Shown here one piece after another: positions 50,893-62,949 of a DNA stretch of 64,000 nucleotides; within the stretch, counting starts at the first letter, position 1; the number at the start of each line of letters is the position of its first letter. Location: assembly GCF_036321535.1 (NCBI RefSeq), contig NC_087437.1, positions 7,378,001-7,442,000 on the forward strand, written 5' to 3'. The DNA is from Camelus dromedarius (taxonomy: Eukaryota). The translations under genes were made by a program, and so were the position numbers. Below the pieces are notes generated by a model. The model saw nothing but the letters and a program-made list of their open reading frames with translations. It made no database searches and was not told the DNA's origin.

Positions 50893-53340
50893 AGGTCTAA
50901 CATGTGAAAAGTTTGGAAGTCATCATTCATGTGCTCACAACACAAAGGCAGAACAGACTGAAAATCAGCAACTCTTCTTAGCTCCATCAGAAAATTGAGG
51001 CCACAGAGCAAACTGCTGCCTCCCAAACTGGAGAGACAGAGAGAGACAGAGAGTCACAGCCTGTTAGGAATAGAAGCCACTGGAGCCAGGAACTCATAGG
51101 GACCTATAGATGGTAGCTGACCAGTTGCTGGAGACCAAGGTGGGAGCGATTTAAAGGATGAAGTCTCCTAGAGGACTCAGGGAGCAAGGGTGTTGTTTCT
51201 GGCAGAGAAGGGGGAAAAGTAAACATTTTGAAATATGCCCAGAGCATTCTGTTCTCCTGAACAAAGGCCTTCCTTCAAGAGAAGTGAATTTACCAGACCC
51301 TAACTGTTACAGGGCAAAGGAAATGGCCCAACATCAGTTCCCTCCAGCTTTTCAGACAGGAGAAGGAAATGTGTAACTCCAGTGCCTTTGTGTCTCACTT
51401 AAGGGGGAAAATGGTTAGAGGGCCCAGGCCCACTAAAAGACTTAATCCTAATAATAGGATCATAGACCCTTCCCCTTCACACCTTACTGCCACATCAGTC
51501 AGACTCCTTTATAATAACCGGGGATTATAGCTGAAAGATGTGAAGATTCTATTTAAGAAAAAGTCTCTAGGGAAAACCAAAGGTCAGCACAGGACACAAA
51601 AACAAGGACACTAAAGGACGTTTTAACCCGTTGACACCTACTGACACAGCAAACAGTAAAGGCAGCCTAACTCCTAGCCACAGAAATATAAAACCTGACA
51701 CTAGACGTCTGTTCACCGCAGTTTTTTCACTCACTTCATCATATCCAACTTTCAATAAAAATTACAAGACATGACAAAAGATTAAACAAGCAAACAACAA
51801 CAGCAAAACCCCACAGCCTCAAGAGACAGAGCAAGCACCAGAACTAGACTCAGAAATGACAGAGGCTTTGAAATCATCAGACCAGGAATTTAAAATAACT
51901 ACAATTAGTCCACTAAGAGTTCTAATGGAAAAGTGAAAAACATACAAGAACTGATAGGTAACATAAGCAAAGAGATGGAAACTCTAAGAAAGAATCAAAA
52001 CTAAATGCTAGAGTTTTTTTTAAAAAGTAACAGAAATGAAGAATGGCTTTAATGGGCTCATGAGTCGACTGGAAGCAGTGGAGGAAAGAGCCAATGATAT
52101 GAGATATGAAGATACGTGAGTAGAAACTTTCCAAGCTGAAAAGCAAAGAGAAAACAGACCAAAGAAAAGGAACAGGTATCTAAGAACTGTGGGACAGTTA
52201 CTAAAGTTGTAAGACACATGTACTAGGAATGCCAGAGTGTAAAGAAGAAAAGAACATAAGAAATACTGCAGCAATAATGACTGGGAATTTTCTGAAGTTA
52301 GTGACAGATGCTAAAGCTCAGATCGAAGGTCACAGAACACCAAGGAGAGAAAGTTAAAAAAAAAAAAAAAACCCAGGCATATTATGTCTAAAATACAGAA
52401 AACTAAAGAAAAAGAAAGTTTTGAAAAAAGCCAGAAGGAAAAAAAATATTTACTTATAGAAGAAAAAGCATAAACAATTATGTTAGTCTCCTCTTCAGAA
52501 CCATGTAAGTCAGAGGGAGGGAAATATTTAAAGTGTTAAAAGAAAAAAAAATCCGTCAACCTAGAATTCTATATCCAGTGAAATTATCCTTCAAACATAA
52601 AGGAAAAATAAAGACTTTCTGAGACAAAAATTGAGGGAATTGGTTGCCACTTGCCTTGCAGAAAATGTTAAAAGAAGTTCTTCAGAGAGACAGAAAATGA
52701 TACAAATAAGAAAGTTTAATCTGTACCAGGAAAGGAAGAGCATTAGAGTAGGAATAAAGGAAAGTGAAAGAAAATATTTTATTTTTTTCTCTTAGTTGAT
52801 CTAAAATGTAACTGTTCAAAATAATAGTAGCAAGAATGCATTGGATGATTATAGCTTATGAATTAATGAAATGAAAAACAGCAATGTTCTAAGGGATGGG
52901 AGAGAGGAATTGAACACACTGTCAGAAGGGACCTGCAGTACTTGTGAAGTGGTGTAGTGTTATCCAAAAGTAGGCTTAGATTAATTGTAAATGTGTATTC
53001 ATGCAGACTCTAGAGCAACCACTGAAATAATCTAAAAACAAGTATAACTGAGATGCTAAGAGAGGAGAGAAAATGGAATCATACACTGGTTTAAAATCAG
53101 AAAAGGTAGAAGACAATATGAAGATAACAAAGTAACAAAGAGAAAGTGTGATGAGTAAAAAATGGTTACAACTGTGGTAGATATCAACCTGTTGGTATCA
53201 ATAGCCCCTTTAAACATGAATGACCTAAATACAGCAAGTAAAGGATAGAAACTCTCAAAGTGGATCAAAAAAATACACAAACGCTCAGTAAGGAACCCAC
53301 TTTAACTATTTTAAAAAGATAGATTGCAAGTAAAGGGATG
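50893..53340 (+). mobile_element. Old L1M (L1MC/MD-like) 5'UTR + ORF1 + spacer + start of ORF2, degenerate
   Basis: ORF1-type 'gaatttaaaataact..aactctaagaaagaatcaaa..caacctagaattctatatccagtgaaattatccttcaaa'; ORF2 start 'tttaaacatgaatgacctaaatac..gcaagtaaagggatg'. Confidence 0.85.
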
Positions 53341-53407
53341 AGGGGGGCTCCAGTAGCCGGGGTGAGATGCCTGTAGCAACAGAGCTTTGTGGGTAGGTGA
53401 CTACAAC

Positions 53408-53564
53408 AGTACCAGTAAGTCAGAAATTTCCACCTCCCTTGCCTCTGTCCTCTCCTTCGACTTCAAGTCAGAGACCATAAATGACAAGACAGAGGAGCAT
53501 GAATAGAAGGGCAAGAAGGAGAAAAAGTGAAGAAAACCCCACTTTTTGATGGTAGGCGTCCCAC
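53408..53564 (+). repeat. Arm A of ~156-bp inverted duplication
   Basis: About 90% identical to the reverse complement of 55649-55804 (manual alignment, ~16 differences). Confidence 0.9.
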
Positions 53565-53799
53565 CAGCCCAAGGGCTGGGTCCAGGAGTCATGGCAGCCT
53601 CTCGTGGGATACACTGGGCGACAGGGGCTGATGTGCTGGTTTAGTGATCTGGTTTACACGTTTGTTTTTTAGATAGTTAATTCTTTCTTTTCTCTCAATT
53701 TCTTCCCTTTATTTTTTTTTAATATTTTATTGGTTTTTTCTGCCTTCTTTAAATGAATGCATAATCCATTTCTTTATGGCTTTCTAACAAATATATTTA

Positions 53800-54801
53800 T
53801 TTATTACTTGTTTATTTATTTATTTAAATTAATTTTTTATTGAGTTATAGTCATTTTACAATGTGTCAAATTCCAGTGTAGAGCACAATTTTTCAGTTAT
53901 ACATGAACATACATATATTCATTGCCACTTTTTTTTTCTTTGCTGTGAGCTACCACAAGATTTTGTATATATTTCCCTGTGCTTTACAGTATAATCTTGT
54001 TTATCTGTTCTATAGATGCCTGTCAGTATCTACAGATATTGAAATCCCAGTCTGTCCCTTCCCATCCCCCACCCCCTTGGCAACCACAGGTTTGTATTCT
54101 ACGTCTATGAGTCTGTTTCTGTTTTGTATTTCTGTTCTTTTTTTTTTAATTCTACATATGAGCGATCTCATATGATATTTTTCTTTCTCTTTCTGGCTTA
54201 CTTCATTTAGAATGACATTCTCCAGGAACATCCATGTTGCTGCAAATGGTGTTATGTTGTCAGTTTTATGGCTGAATAGTATTCCATTGTATAAATATAC
54301 CACATCTTCTTTATCCAGTCATCTGTTGATGGACATTTAGCCTGTTTCCATGCCTTGGCTACTGTAAATAGTAAGCAGCTCATACAACTTAATAAGAAAG
54401 AAACAAACAACCCAATCCAAAAATGGACAGAAGACCTAAACAAGTAATTCTCCAAGGAAGAAATACAAATGATCAATAGGCACATGAAAAAATGCTCCAT
54501 ATCACTAATTATCAGAGAAATGCAAATCAAAACTACAATGACGTATCACCTCACACCAGCCAGAATGGCCATCATTCAAAAGTCCACAAATGACAAACGC
54601 TGGAGAGGCTGTGGAGAAAGGGGAACCCTCCTACACTGCTGGTGGGAATGCAGTTTGGTGCAGCCACCGTGGAAAACAGTATGGAGATTCCTCAAAAGAC
54701 TAGGAAGAGACTTAACGTATGACCCAGGAATCCTGCTCCTGGGCATATATCCAGAAGGAACCCTACATCAAAAAGACCTGCACCCCAATGTTCATAGCAG
54801 C
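53800..54801 (-). mobile_element. Young L1 with twin-priming 5' inversion
   Basis: 53800-54371 is the 3' end on the minus strand; 54372-54801 is ORF2 C-terminal sequence on the plus strand. The pieces abut at 'cagcac|tatttac'. TSD acaaatatattta (53787-53799) / acaaatacattta (54802-54814). Confidence 0.92.
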
Positions 54802-55362
54802 ACAAATACATTTAATATCAGAAATTTTCACCCAAGTATCACTTTATAGGATGTGAATACACAGACATACACAGACACACACACACACACACACACACAC
54901 ACCTGTCATTTATTTTTAAATATTTATAATTTACATTTGGATTTCCTCTATAATCATAGCTATTTAGAATAGCATAATTGTATTGTTTCCAGAAAATATG
55001 GCTTGCATGATTTCTGATATGGGAATGTTGTTGAAGTGTTCTAATAGCCTAATACAGGGTCAATTTGAGTGAATGTTTCATTAAATTTTCAATGGAATAG
55101 AAATTATTTTGCATGTATAAAATCTTCTACATCTATTTCAATTAATTCTTGAATTTATATTAGTTTTAGTTTAATATATGTCAAAGTTATGCTGTTGGGT
55201 GCCTGGAGGTTTGTAACTCATATTTTCCTAATGAATTTTGCCTTTTACCAATGTGATTTGATCTCGGTTAATGTCTTTCACCTTAAGTTCTGTCTGGTAC
55301 TAAAATTGTAACACAACAATTTTTAACAGTTGTGACTATATCTTCCTGTCCCCTTTTAAAAC

Positions 55363-56926
55363 TGAAATAGAAAATCAAAAATAAACATGGCTCTCAAGAT
55401 GTTATTACAAAACAACTTTTTTTTTTTTCTCAATAGTCCTTTAAATATATTTTAAGGTGTTTCCCGCTCCTGGATGAAAACTCAGACATATCATATATTT
55501 TAAAAATTTTCTTCAATAGCAAAATTTTTGATCCTGCAGGTTTCACACATAGCCTGATTTTAGTCATTTAAATGTCCATTTCTGTGTAGGAGACAACTTT
55601 TAATTTCCTTAAAATTGTTACTTCTCATCCAGTTCAGGCCTGGGGTTTGTGGGACACCTACCATCAAAAAATGGGGCTTTCTTCACTTTTTCGCCTTCTA
55701 GACCTTCACTCATACTCCTCTGTCTTGTCATTCATGGTCTTTGTCTTGAAGTCGAAGGAGAGAACAGAGGCAAGGGAGCTGGAAGTTCCTGACTTACTGG
55801 TACTATCTACAGGCCTCTGTTGATTGAGAAGATCTTTAAACCTGCTTCTTTACCTCCTGGAGCAAAATTGTGGGCCCATCTTTGGAGACCTCTCTCAGGT
55901 ACTTTTTCTCTGATATGGGCAAATCTATCTCCATTTTGGGGTTACTTCTCCTTTCTTGGATCTATAGGCATTCAGTAGTATCTACAGTCTTCCTTTTCTC
56001 TGGAGTCCTTTTGGGTAGGACCTAAGACAGCTAGCTCTCTCTTTTACATGGCCCACTATTGAACCCTCAGAACACACTTCATTATCCTTTTCTCTGATAA
56101 ATTCCAAAAGAATAGGCCTGTTCCTTTACTGAACCCTCAAAGCATCTAATAAATCCATCTCTTCCCACTTAGATTTCCAAGAATGGAACCAGACACATTG
56201 TGTCCCTTAAATCAGTGGGGTTCACACAGCAAGTTCTTCCAGTGGTCTTGCTGAATGCTTTTTCATTTGGGAGGTGGGGTTCCCCAAATATCCTCAACTT
56301 ATCTCTTAATCTAACCCTTTTAACTCTTTCTGGTGGGCAGGGGATGGAAGGGTCATGTAACTGGACTTTCGTCATCTCCTTGGAAACTTTTACTCTGATC
56401 CAGCACTTCACCTTGGAATATAATATCCATGGTCTCCATGGTTTCCCCCAAAACCATTTAAGTGTCTTGTTACATGATCTTTCCATATCATTTATTTTTA
56501 GGTGTGTATATGACAGGGGTTTTAGATGAAAATAACAGTATTTGGAAATAAGTTAAACAGAATAGAAATTTATTTTAATGTATTAAATAGCTCCCAGAGT
56601 ATGTTCACAGAGAACAACCAGGTACTCAGGCTCAAGGCCTATTTAACGGGAAAAACTAAACCCCAGTGTACTGGCTATACTAGTGAGGGACAGAAGTTCT
56701 GCTTCTATTCAGTATAGACATCCAAATCTCACAAATCCCACCGGAAGCTGGATGCCAGAAGGCCAGAAGCTGGATGCCTTGCCCAAAGATTGATGGTCAT
56801 TTTCCATCAGTTTCCCAGTTAGTCACATAATCTCAGGGGATGCTGGGAATACCTACCCTGTGGATGAGAGACTTATAATGGAGTCTCCAGAGACGAAAGA
56901 TGTGCAGAAGATATGAATGTTTCACA
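55363..56926 (-). mobile_element. Unclassified old LTR-type insertion
   Basis: TG...CA termini with AAAAC/AAAAG flanks; interrupts the old L1M; internal repeat gaagctggatgcc twice (~56744-56778). Family not recognised. Confidence 0.4.
55649..55804 (-). repeat. Arm B of ~156-bp inverted duplication
   Basis: Reverse complement aligns to 53408-53564. Confidence 0.9.
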
Positions 56927-59467
56927 AAAAGACAAGTGCCTCCTTTTATGTGTCACTTTCAAATAATAATAGCTGGATTCTTTCTAACCAGAGAGTGCAT
57001 ATCTTAATAAAGAAATTTATCACATTCATATTTACTGTGCTGTTAGAATTATTCCTGTCACCATACTTAATATTTTCTACTTAACACTTTCTTTTTTTCC
57101 ATTTTTTTGTTGAATGGCTTAATTTTTATCCTTTTTGTGCTTCTTTTTTAAGATTTTTATCAAGTTAATACATTAATGAGAAATCAAGTAGTACATAGGG
57201 TTTATGAGAAAAAAAATCTCCTGACTTCCCCCATTCCACAGATGATATTTCTTATAATTCCAGTTTTAGTTCTTTCTAATAATATTATGGTAACTCTGAT
57301 AATTTTTATCTCTATTTTTTGATCCATCTAGTTTACACAAATATGAAGGTTAGAAACTTCTCATTTAAATATTACCTTAATTACTTTACATAGTAACTTC
57401 TTAGACTTTTGGAAGAATCATGTAAGTAACGTAGCTCTCTTAAGCAGGTGTTAAATAGCTCAATAGTTATTAAATTTCATTTTCATCATCATTGGTATCT
57501 TCAAACAACTCACTATTGACTGTTCTCTGGAGCCTTGTCTTCTCTCTTGATTTACTTGCTAATTTTAACTGGAACGTTTCTGGAATATCTGTGAGTCTCT
57601 TCCCCACTCTTCAGTACTGGAAAATTCTCTTTAATAATTTTTCCTTACATATGAGCTCTCTCATCCTGAGATTTCTATTATTTGTGTGTTGAAGCTCTAA
57701 GATAGGTCTTTATATGTCTTATCTTTTCTCTCACATTTTTCTTTTTCTTTTTTGTATTTTTCCCCTGCCTTTTTGGAAACATTTGTCCCTTTCAGAACCT
57801 TCTAGTCTCCCAACCCCTGCCGTATTACATATTGAGATCATCTGGGATTTGAGATCCAGATGGTTAGGTTATTATTTTTTTTTAGATTCTGCATAAATAA
57901 TTTTTAGAATTAACTAAATGTTTTATGCATTTCTTTGGACTGAAATTTTGCTTGCTTATTTGCTGGTTTGCTTTTTGTATCTCGTGTGTTTACTGTGTAT
58001 ATGTATATATGTATGTGTGTATTTATTTATTTTTGAGGTCTTTTTCTAACCATTTTTTTTCAGAGTTTATGTATGGTAAATATTGTTTTGACATTTTAAT
58101 TCTAAAGCATCTCTGGTAGGCCTTCCAAGTTTCATGCCTTTTGCACTGAGTATAGAATTTTAGGTTCAAAATCATTTCCTTCAGAATAGTCAACATTTTG
58201 CTCCAGTGTTTCCTAACATACATTGTTTTTGATGAGAAGCGTGGTGCCAACTTGATTTTCATCGCTTTGCAGAAAAACCTATTTTTCTCTTTCTGGAAAC
58301 TAAATTTTCTCATTATCCTCAGTGCTTTAAAAATTTCACCCATGAAGTGAAATTATCACATACATTCTGCTTGATATTAAGTTTACCTCAAAAGCTGAAA
58401 AATCATTTCTTTCTTCAGCTTTGAAATGATTTTCTACCTTTTTGTTCTTAGCAATTTCCTCTCTACCATTTGTTCTTTTCTCCTCTATTACAATTTCAAA
58501 ATTTAGATGGAATTTCTCTTGGAATTTTTAGACTTCTATTCCATGACTAATATAACTCTTCAGATATATTATATATCTCATTATTATTTCGAGAAACTTT
58601 TTAGGAGAATTGGCCCTGTTTAAATACCCAGATTCATAGATATTTCTGCAGCAGTGATATGAGGGTAGGGTATGATATACTCCTGGCTAGAGAGTTCCTG
58701 TAATTCCGATTGTGGAAGATTCTAAGGTCTTCCTGAAAGTTGCCATCTACCTGGATACTACCAGCTTCTCTCAATCATTTTCTGTTTTAACCTGTCCTGC
58801 TGAACCAGGTCAGAAGGGAAAAGGTAAGTTACCCAGGTGTGCAGGATGTATTTCCCCAATTTATCACATTTACCATGGTCCTTGAGCCACTCCTCCTACT
58901 TTGAGTCTTTGAACGTCTACAGAACAGCTGCCCAGGCCTCCATGCATGTCATGACCTTCAGTTACTGCTATCTCTCCAATTCTATCTGCTTTATATTTGT
59001 TTAGGAATGTCGTGAAATTTCTGCTTCACAGACTTTTTTTTCCCTTTTAACATAGTCATTACTTACTTCTTTTGAGAAATCTTTTTTTATTAGTTCCAGA
59101 AATGTTGAGCAGGAGGGAAGTGAGCCACATGCTCCGTTTGCCGTGTTAATCCAGTTTCCCCAGAACATACTCAAAGAATACTTTTTTTTTAAGAATGACA
59201 GTCTAGGTACCAAGTTCAAGCCCAACACAGTTCATTTTTAAAGTCCTGGAGTCTGCTGGAACACTCTAAGCATGGTGACCAAGAAAAGAAAAAGCTAGCA
59301 TTTGAAATTGATTTTGGCTGAGTCTGGGATGTTATGCTTGCTTGCTTGTTTAATATGGTTGGTTTTGGGTTTTTTTTTTGTTTTTTGGGGTTTTTTTTTT
59401 ATCCAGAATAACTAAATAATTGCTTTCACAGAGTGGATAGTTTGTCCCTTTAAAAAATATATCACTT

Positions 59468-60390
59468 GCTAGCAGCATGTAAATCAATAAAGTTAGAACA
59501 TTCCCTCACTCCATACACAAAAATAAACTCAAAATGGCTTAAAGACTGTATAAGACAAGACACTATAAATCTCCTAGAAGAAAACATATGCAAAATATTC
59601 TCTGACCTAAATCTTTGCAATGTTCTCCTAGGGCAGCCTACCCAGGCAATAGAAATAAGAGCAAAAATAAATAAATGGGACCTAATTAAACTTATAAGCT
59701 TTTGCACAGCAAAGGAAACCATAAGCAAAACAAATTGAGAACCTACAGAATGGGAGAAAATATTTGCAAATGATGCAACTGACAAAGGTTTAATCTCCAG
59801 AATATATAAACAGCTCATGCAACTTAATAACAAAAAAATAAACAAACAAACAAATAACCCAATCCAAAAATGGGCAGAGGACCTAAACAAGCAATTCTCT
59901 AATGAAGACATACAAATGGCCAATAGGCACATGGAAAAATGCTCAGTATCGCTAATTGTCAGAGAAATGCAAATCAAAACTACAGGGAGGTGTCACCTCA
60001 CACCCATCAGAATGGCCATCATTCAAAAGTCCATGAATGATAAATGTGGGAGAAGGTGTGGAGAAAAGGGAACCTTCTTACAGTGCTGGTGGAAATGTAG
60101 TTTGGTGTAGCCATTATGAAAAATAGTATGGAGATTCCTCAAAAAACTGAAAATAGACTTACCTCACAGACATAGTAAACAATCTTACGGTTGCTGGAGT
60201 AAGGGAGAGGAAAGGGATAAATTTGGGAGTTTGAGATTTATAAATGTGAGCCATATATACAAAAAACAGATTTTAAAAAAGTTTATTCTGTATAGCACAG
60301 GGAACTATATTCAATATCTTGTAATAACCTTAAATGAAAAAGTATATGAAAATGAATATATGTATGTATATGCATGACCGGGACATTTGC
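59468..60390 (+). mobile_element. Young L1 fragment (ORF2 C-terminal + 3'UTR) with internal deletion
   Basis: ORFs 59466-59738 ([28 protein letters not shown]) and 59817-60110 ([15 protein letters not shown]) are L1 ORF2-like; the sequence jumps at ~60163 to 'tcacagacatag'. Confidence 0.92.
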
Positions 60391-62747
60391 ATATTGAAAA
60401 ACCACTATACTTAAGGGAGAAATTGTTTCATTGCACATGAGTAGTTTTATCTGCAATTCGCATCCACAAAAAAAAAAAATTCTGAGCTTCAAAGGGATTG
60501 TTAAAAAAAAAATCAGAATCATTTTGAGAATGCGGAGATGTTAACTTTCCTTTACCAAATGATGCTACTTTTTTTTTAAATGAATAATAAAAATAAAGAA
60601 TAGTATTCTAAGGCTAATTGGTTTGGTCTTCTTTTGATGGTTTGATCATAGCGTATTTAATTTTAAAAATGTTTTCCAGGTACAATAAAGACACACCAAA
60701 CTATTATGTGGCTCTGTCTGGGAAGATTACTTAGTGCACTGAGGTAAACAGATAAATATCCAAAAGTTACCATGCCAGGCTAAAGTCTTGAACGAGTTGA
60801 GTTTTATTGACTCAGTAAATATGATAGAATCTCACCTTTCCCCTCCCCCATCATTATAGCTCAGAACGAAGAAAAAGATAAAATTAATAAGGTTTAACTA
60901 TATTTTTGTCTCCAGGAGTAAGACTGAAACTACAGTTTTGTGACTAGAACTAAGAGGTAGTATTCTATGTAAAAGATCATTAATGATAGACTCAATTTTC
61001 TGTCTTGAGTATCAGAATACTTACAGGTGGACAAGAATTTGTTCATTTCTAGAAAAGAGAATAGGAATGTAATTGACCTAATAATAAATAGACTAAACTG
61101 TTCTGGGTATGTTAGAGATCATTTATTTCAAGGGCCGTTAACCAGTGGTCCGTGCACCCTTGGTGGGAGTACTTCTGAAGGTCTGTGACTCACCTGAATT
61201 TAAATCCAAAACTTTCTAGATCTATGTGCATATCTTGCTTTTATCAGGCTCTCAAAAGCCATGTCAGATCCCATAGATTGATAGTTTCATTGACATTGAT
61301 GATCAATGACCAAGAATCTACAAATTTGCAGAAATCTGATGAATGACTGAGCTATGCTGGTCCCCAGGTAGCCCTAGGTTTATTGACATCAAGACCATAC
61401 ATGTATCTTGTGTTTACCTTAAGCCATTGTTTGATTCTAAAGATTTTCATTTCAGATCTATAAACATAAAGCAGTATAAATTATATTGTTCTACCCATCT
61501 TTCAATGGAATTTTGGACACCCAAACTTTCGATTTGGTAAGAAAATAGTCCCAAAATAGGAGAGGGTATGACCTGTGCAATAGCATTATCTGTTTTCCAT
61601 TAATTTTACCTAGAAGGTTTTTATATTAACATTACTTTTATAATTTTTCTAATGCTAAAAAAAAATGCTCTTTAAAAGTGCACCATCTGTGCTTTGTCTG
61701 ATTATCTGGTCCAAATGGAATGGATGTCAAATTCTGAGTCTCTTTTATTTTTATGAAAATAAAAAGAAGCTTCACTTCTAACTCAGCTTTATGAGTGAAT
61801 CAATGAGAAGTCATCTCCTGCATAATCTTCCCCCCAGAAAGTGATAAATATTTACAGTATATAATGAGATTTCATGTCAAAAATTGATGGTATTTATTGT
61901 GTTTTAATAAAAGCAGATTTGAAAACATTAGTTTTATTAAACAAAAAAAGAATATTGTTTTAAAAATTGCCATTTTCATATTTGCTTTTTCTGTGGAGAC
62001 CTTATATACAAAGGCAGATTTTTAGCTAACTATATTACTATGGAAATCAGCTCCAACTGAGTAGAAATAGTACAAAATAATGAAAACACTAATACATCTT
62101 TACACATTGTATTATTCATCTATCAATTACTTTCCTTTTGTGTGCCCCACTCTTGCAGGTTTGGCTGTTTAACAGTCACATTTTTTCCAATATTTATTCT
62201 CAATTTCTTTTCTTAATCTTGATCCTAAGAATTAACTAAAAAAGAATATTTAAAAGGTCATGTTGTCCTTTCCTGTGCAAATCTCGGAGATAAGGCTGTT
62301 ACTAACACATTTTCTAATTTTTTAAGTAAATGTTAAGGGGAACATTTGGTTCTTTTATAAAAAGCTTTTCACAAACAGGTCAAATGTGTTACAGGTGGTG
62401 GAAACAGATTTTCCTTCACAACCTGTCTAGGTCCCCTAACTCCTGAGGAACTGGGTTCAAGGGGGTTATCCTCTCACATTGGTCAGAGGATCATCTAATG
62501 AGTTTTAGGAGATGATATCTCTCCTAGAGTGAAAATGCTCTTAGAGATTGATCTGGGGAAAGTAATGGTTCCTGCAGCCAATGATGAGACTATCTGGTCA
62601 CAAGCGACTACGTCAGAGATTATAACGCAAACGCTTCTCAGCATCTGGTATAAAATAAAAGATGGCCAGTGACCACAGCTAACTGGGAAGTCCGGGCTCA
62701 TGTAGACACTAAGATTCGCATTTTAAAACATCACTGTGCTGGCCAGA

Positions 62748-62771
62748 AACACACACACACACACACACACA
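62748..62771 (+). repeat. (CA)n microsatellite
   Basis: Directly visible. Confidence 0.9.
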
Positions 62772-62949
62772 TCCTTGTGCTAATTCAGGAGGTGGGGACC
62801 AGATTTTGACCCCCTAAGTACACAGTATTTCAAAGCTTATGGACTGATTTTGTCCTTTCCTCTTTCAGACTCATTCATCAGTCTGCTTGTTGTAGTTTGA
62901 TGTATTTCTCCTTCCCCATCAATGTCTTATTTATCCTTTGCTAAAGGAA

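Larger units (their letters stand above)
53650..58650 (-). mobile_element. Highly degraded old L1M (ORF1 + ORF2 5' part), interrupted by younger insertions
   Basis: Reverse ORF2-like T-rich segments at 54930-55350 and 56940-57150; reverse ORF1-like 'tatagaattttaggttc..tttccttcagaa..gctccagtgtttcct..tgatgagaag' at ~58150-58260. Confidence 0.65.

Noticed and set aside
54469..54849. 126-aa ORF with REMQIKTT motif
   Set aside because: Frameshifted L1 ORF2 C-terminal remnant, not a host gene.
55400..56490. Processed pseudogene hypothesis (T-run at ~55407 plus ORF 56169-56486)
   Set aside because: No recognisable protein in any frame I translated, and the T-run is internal to the insert rather than next to a TSD.
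59462..59977. 171-aa minus-strand ORF
   Set aside because: Antisense reading of L1 ORF2 sequence, a well-known artefact.
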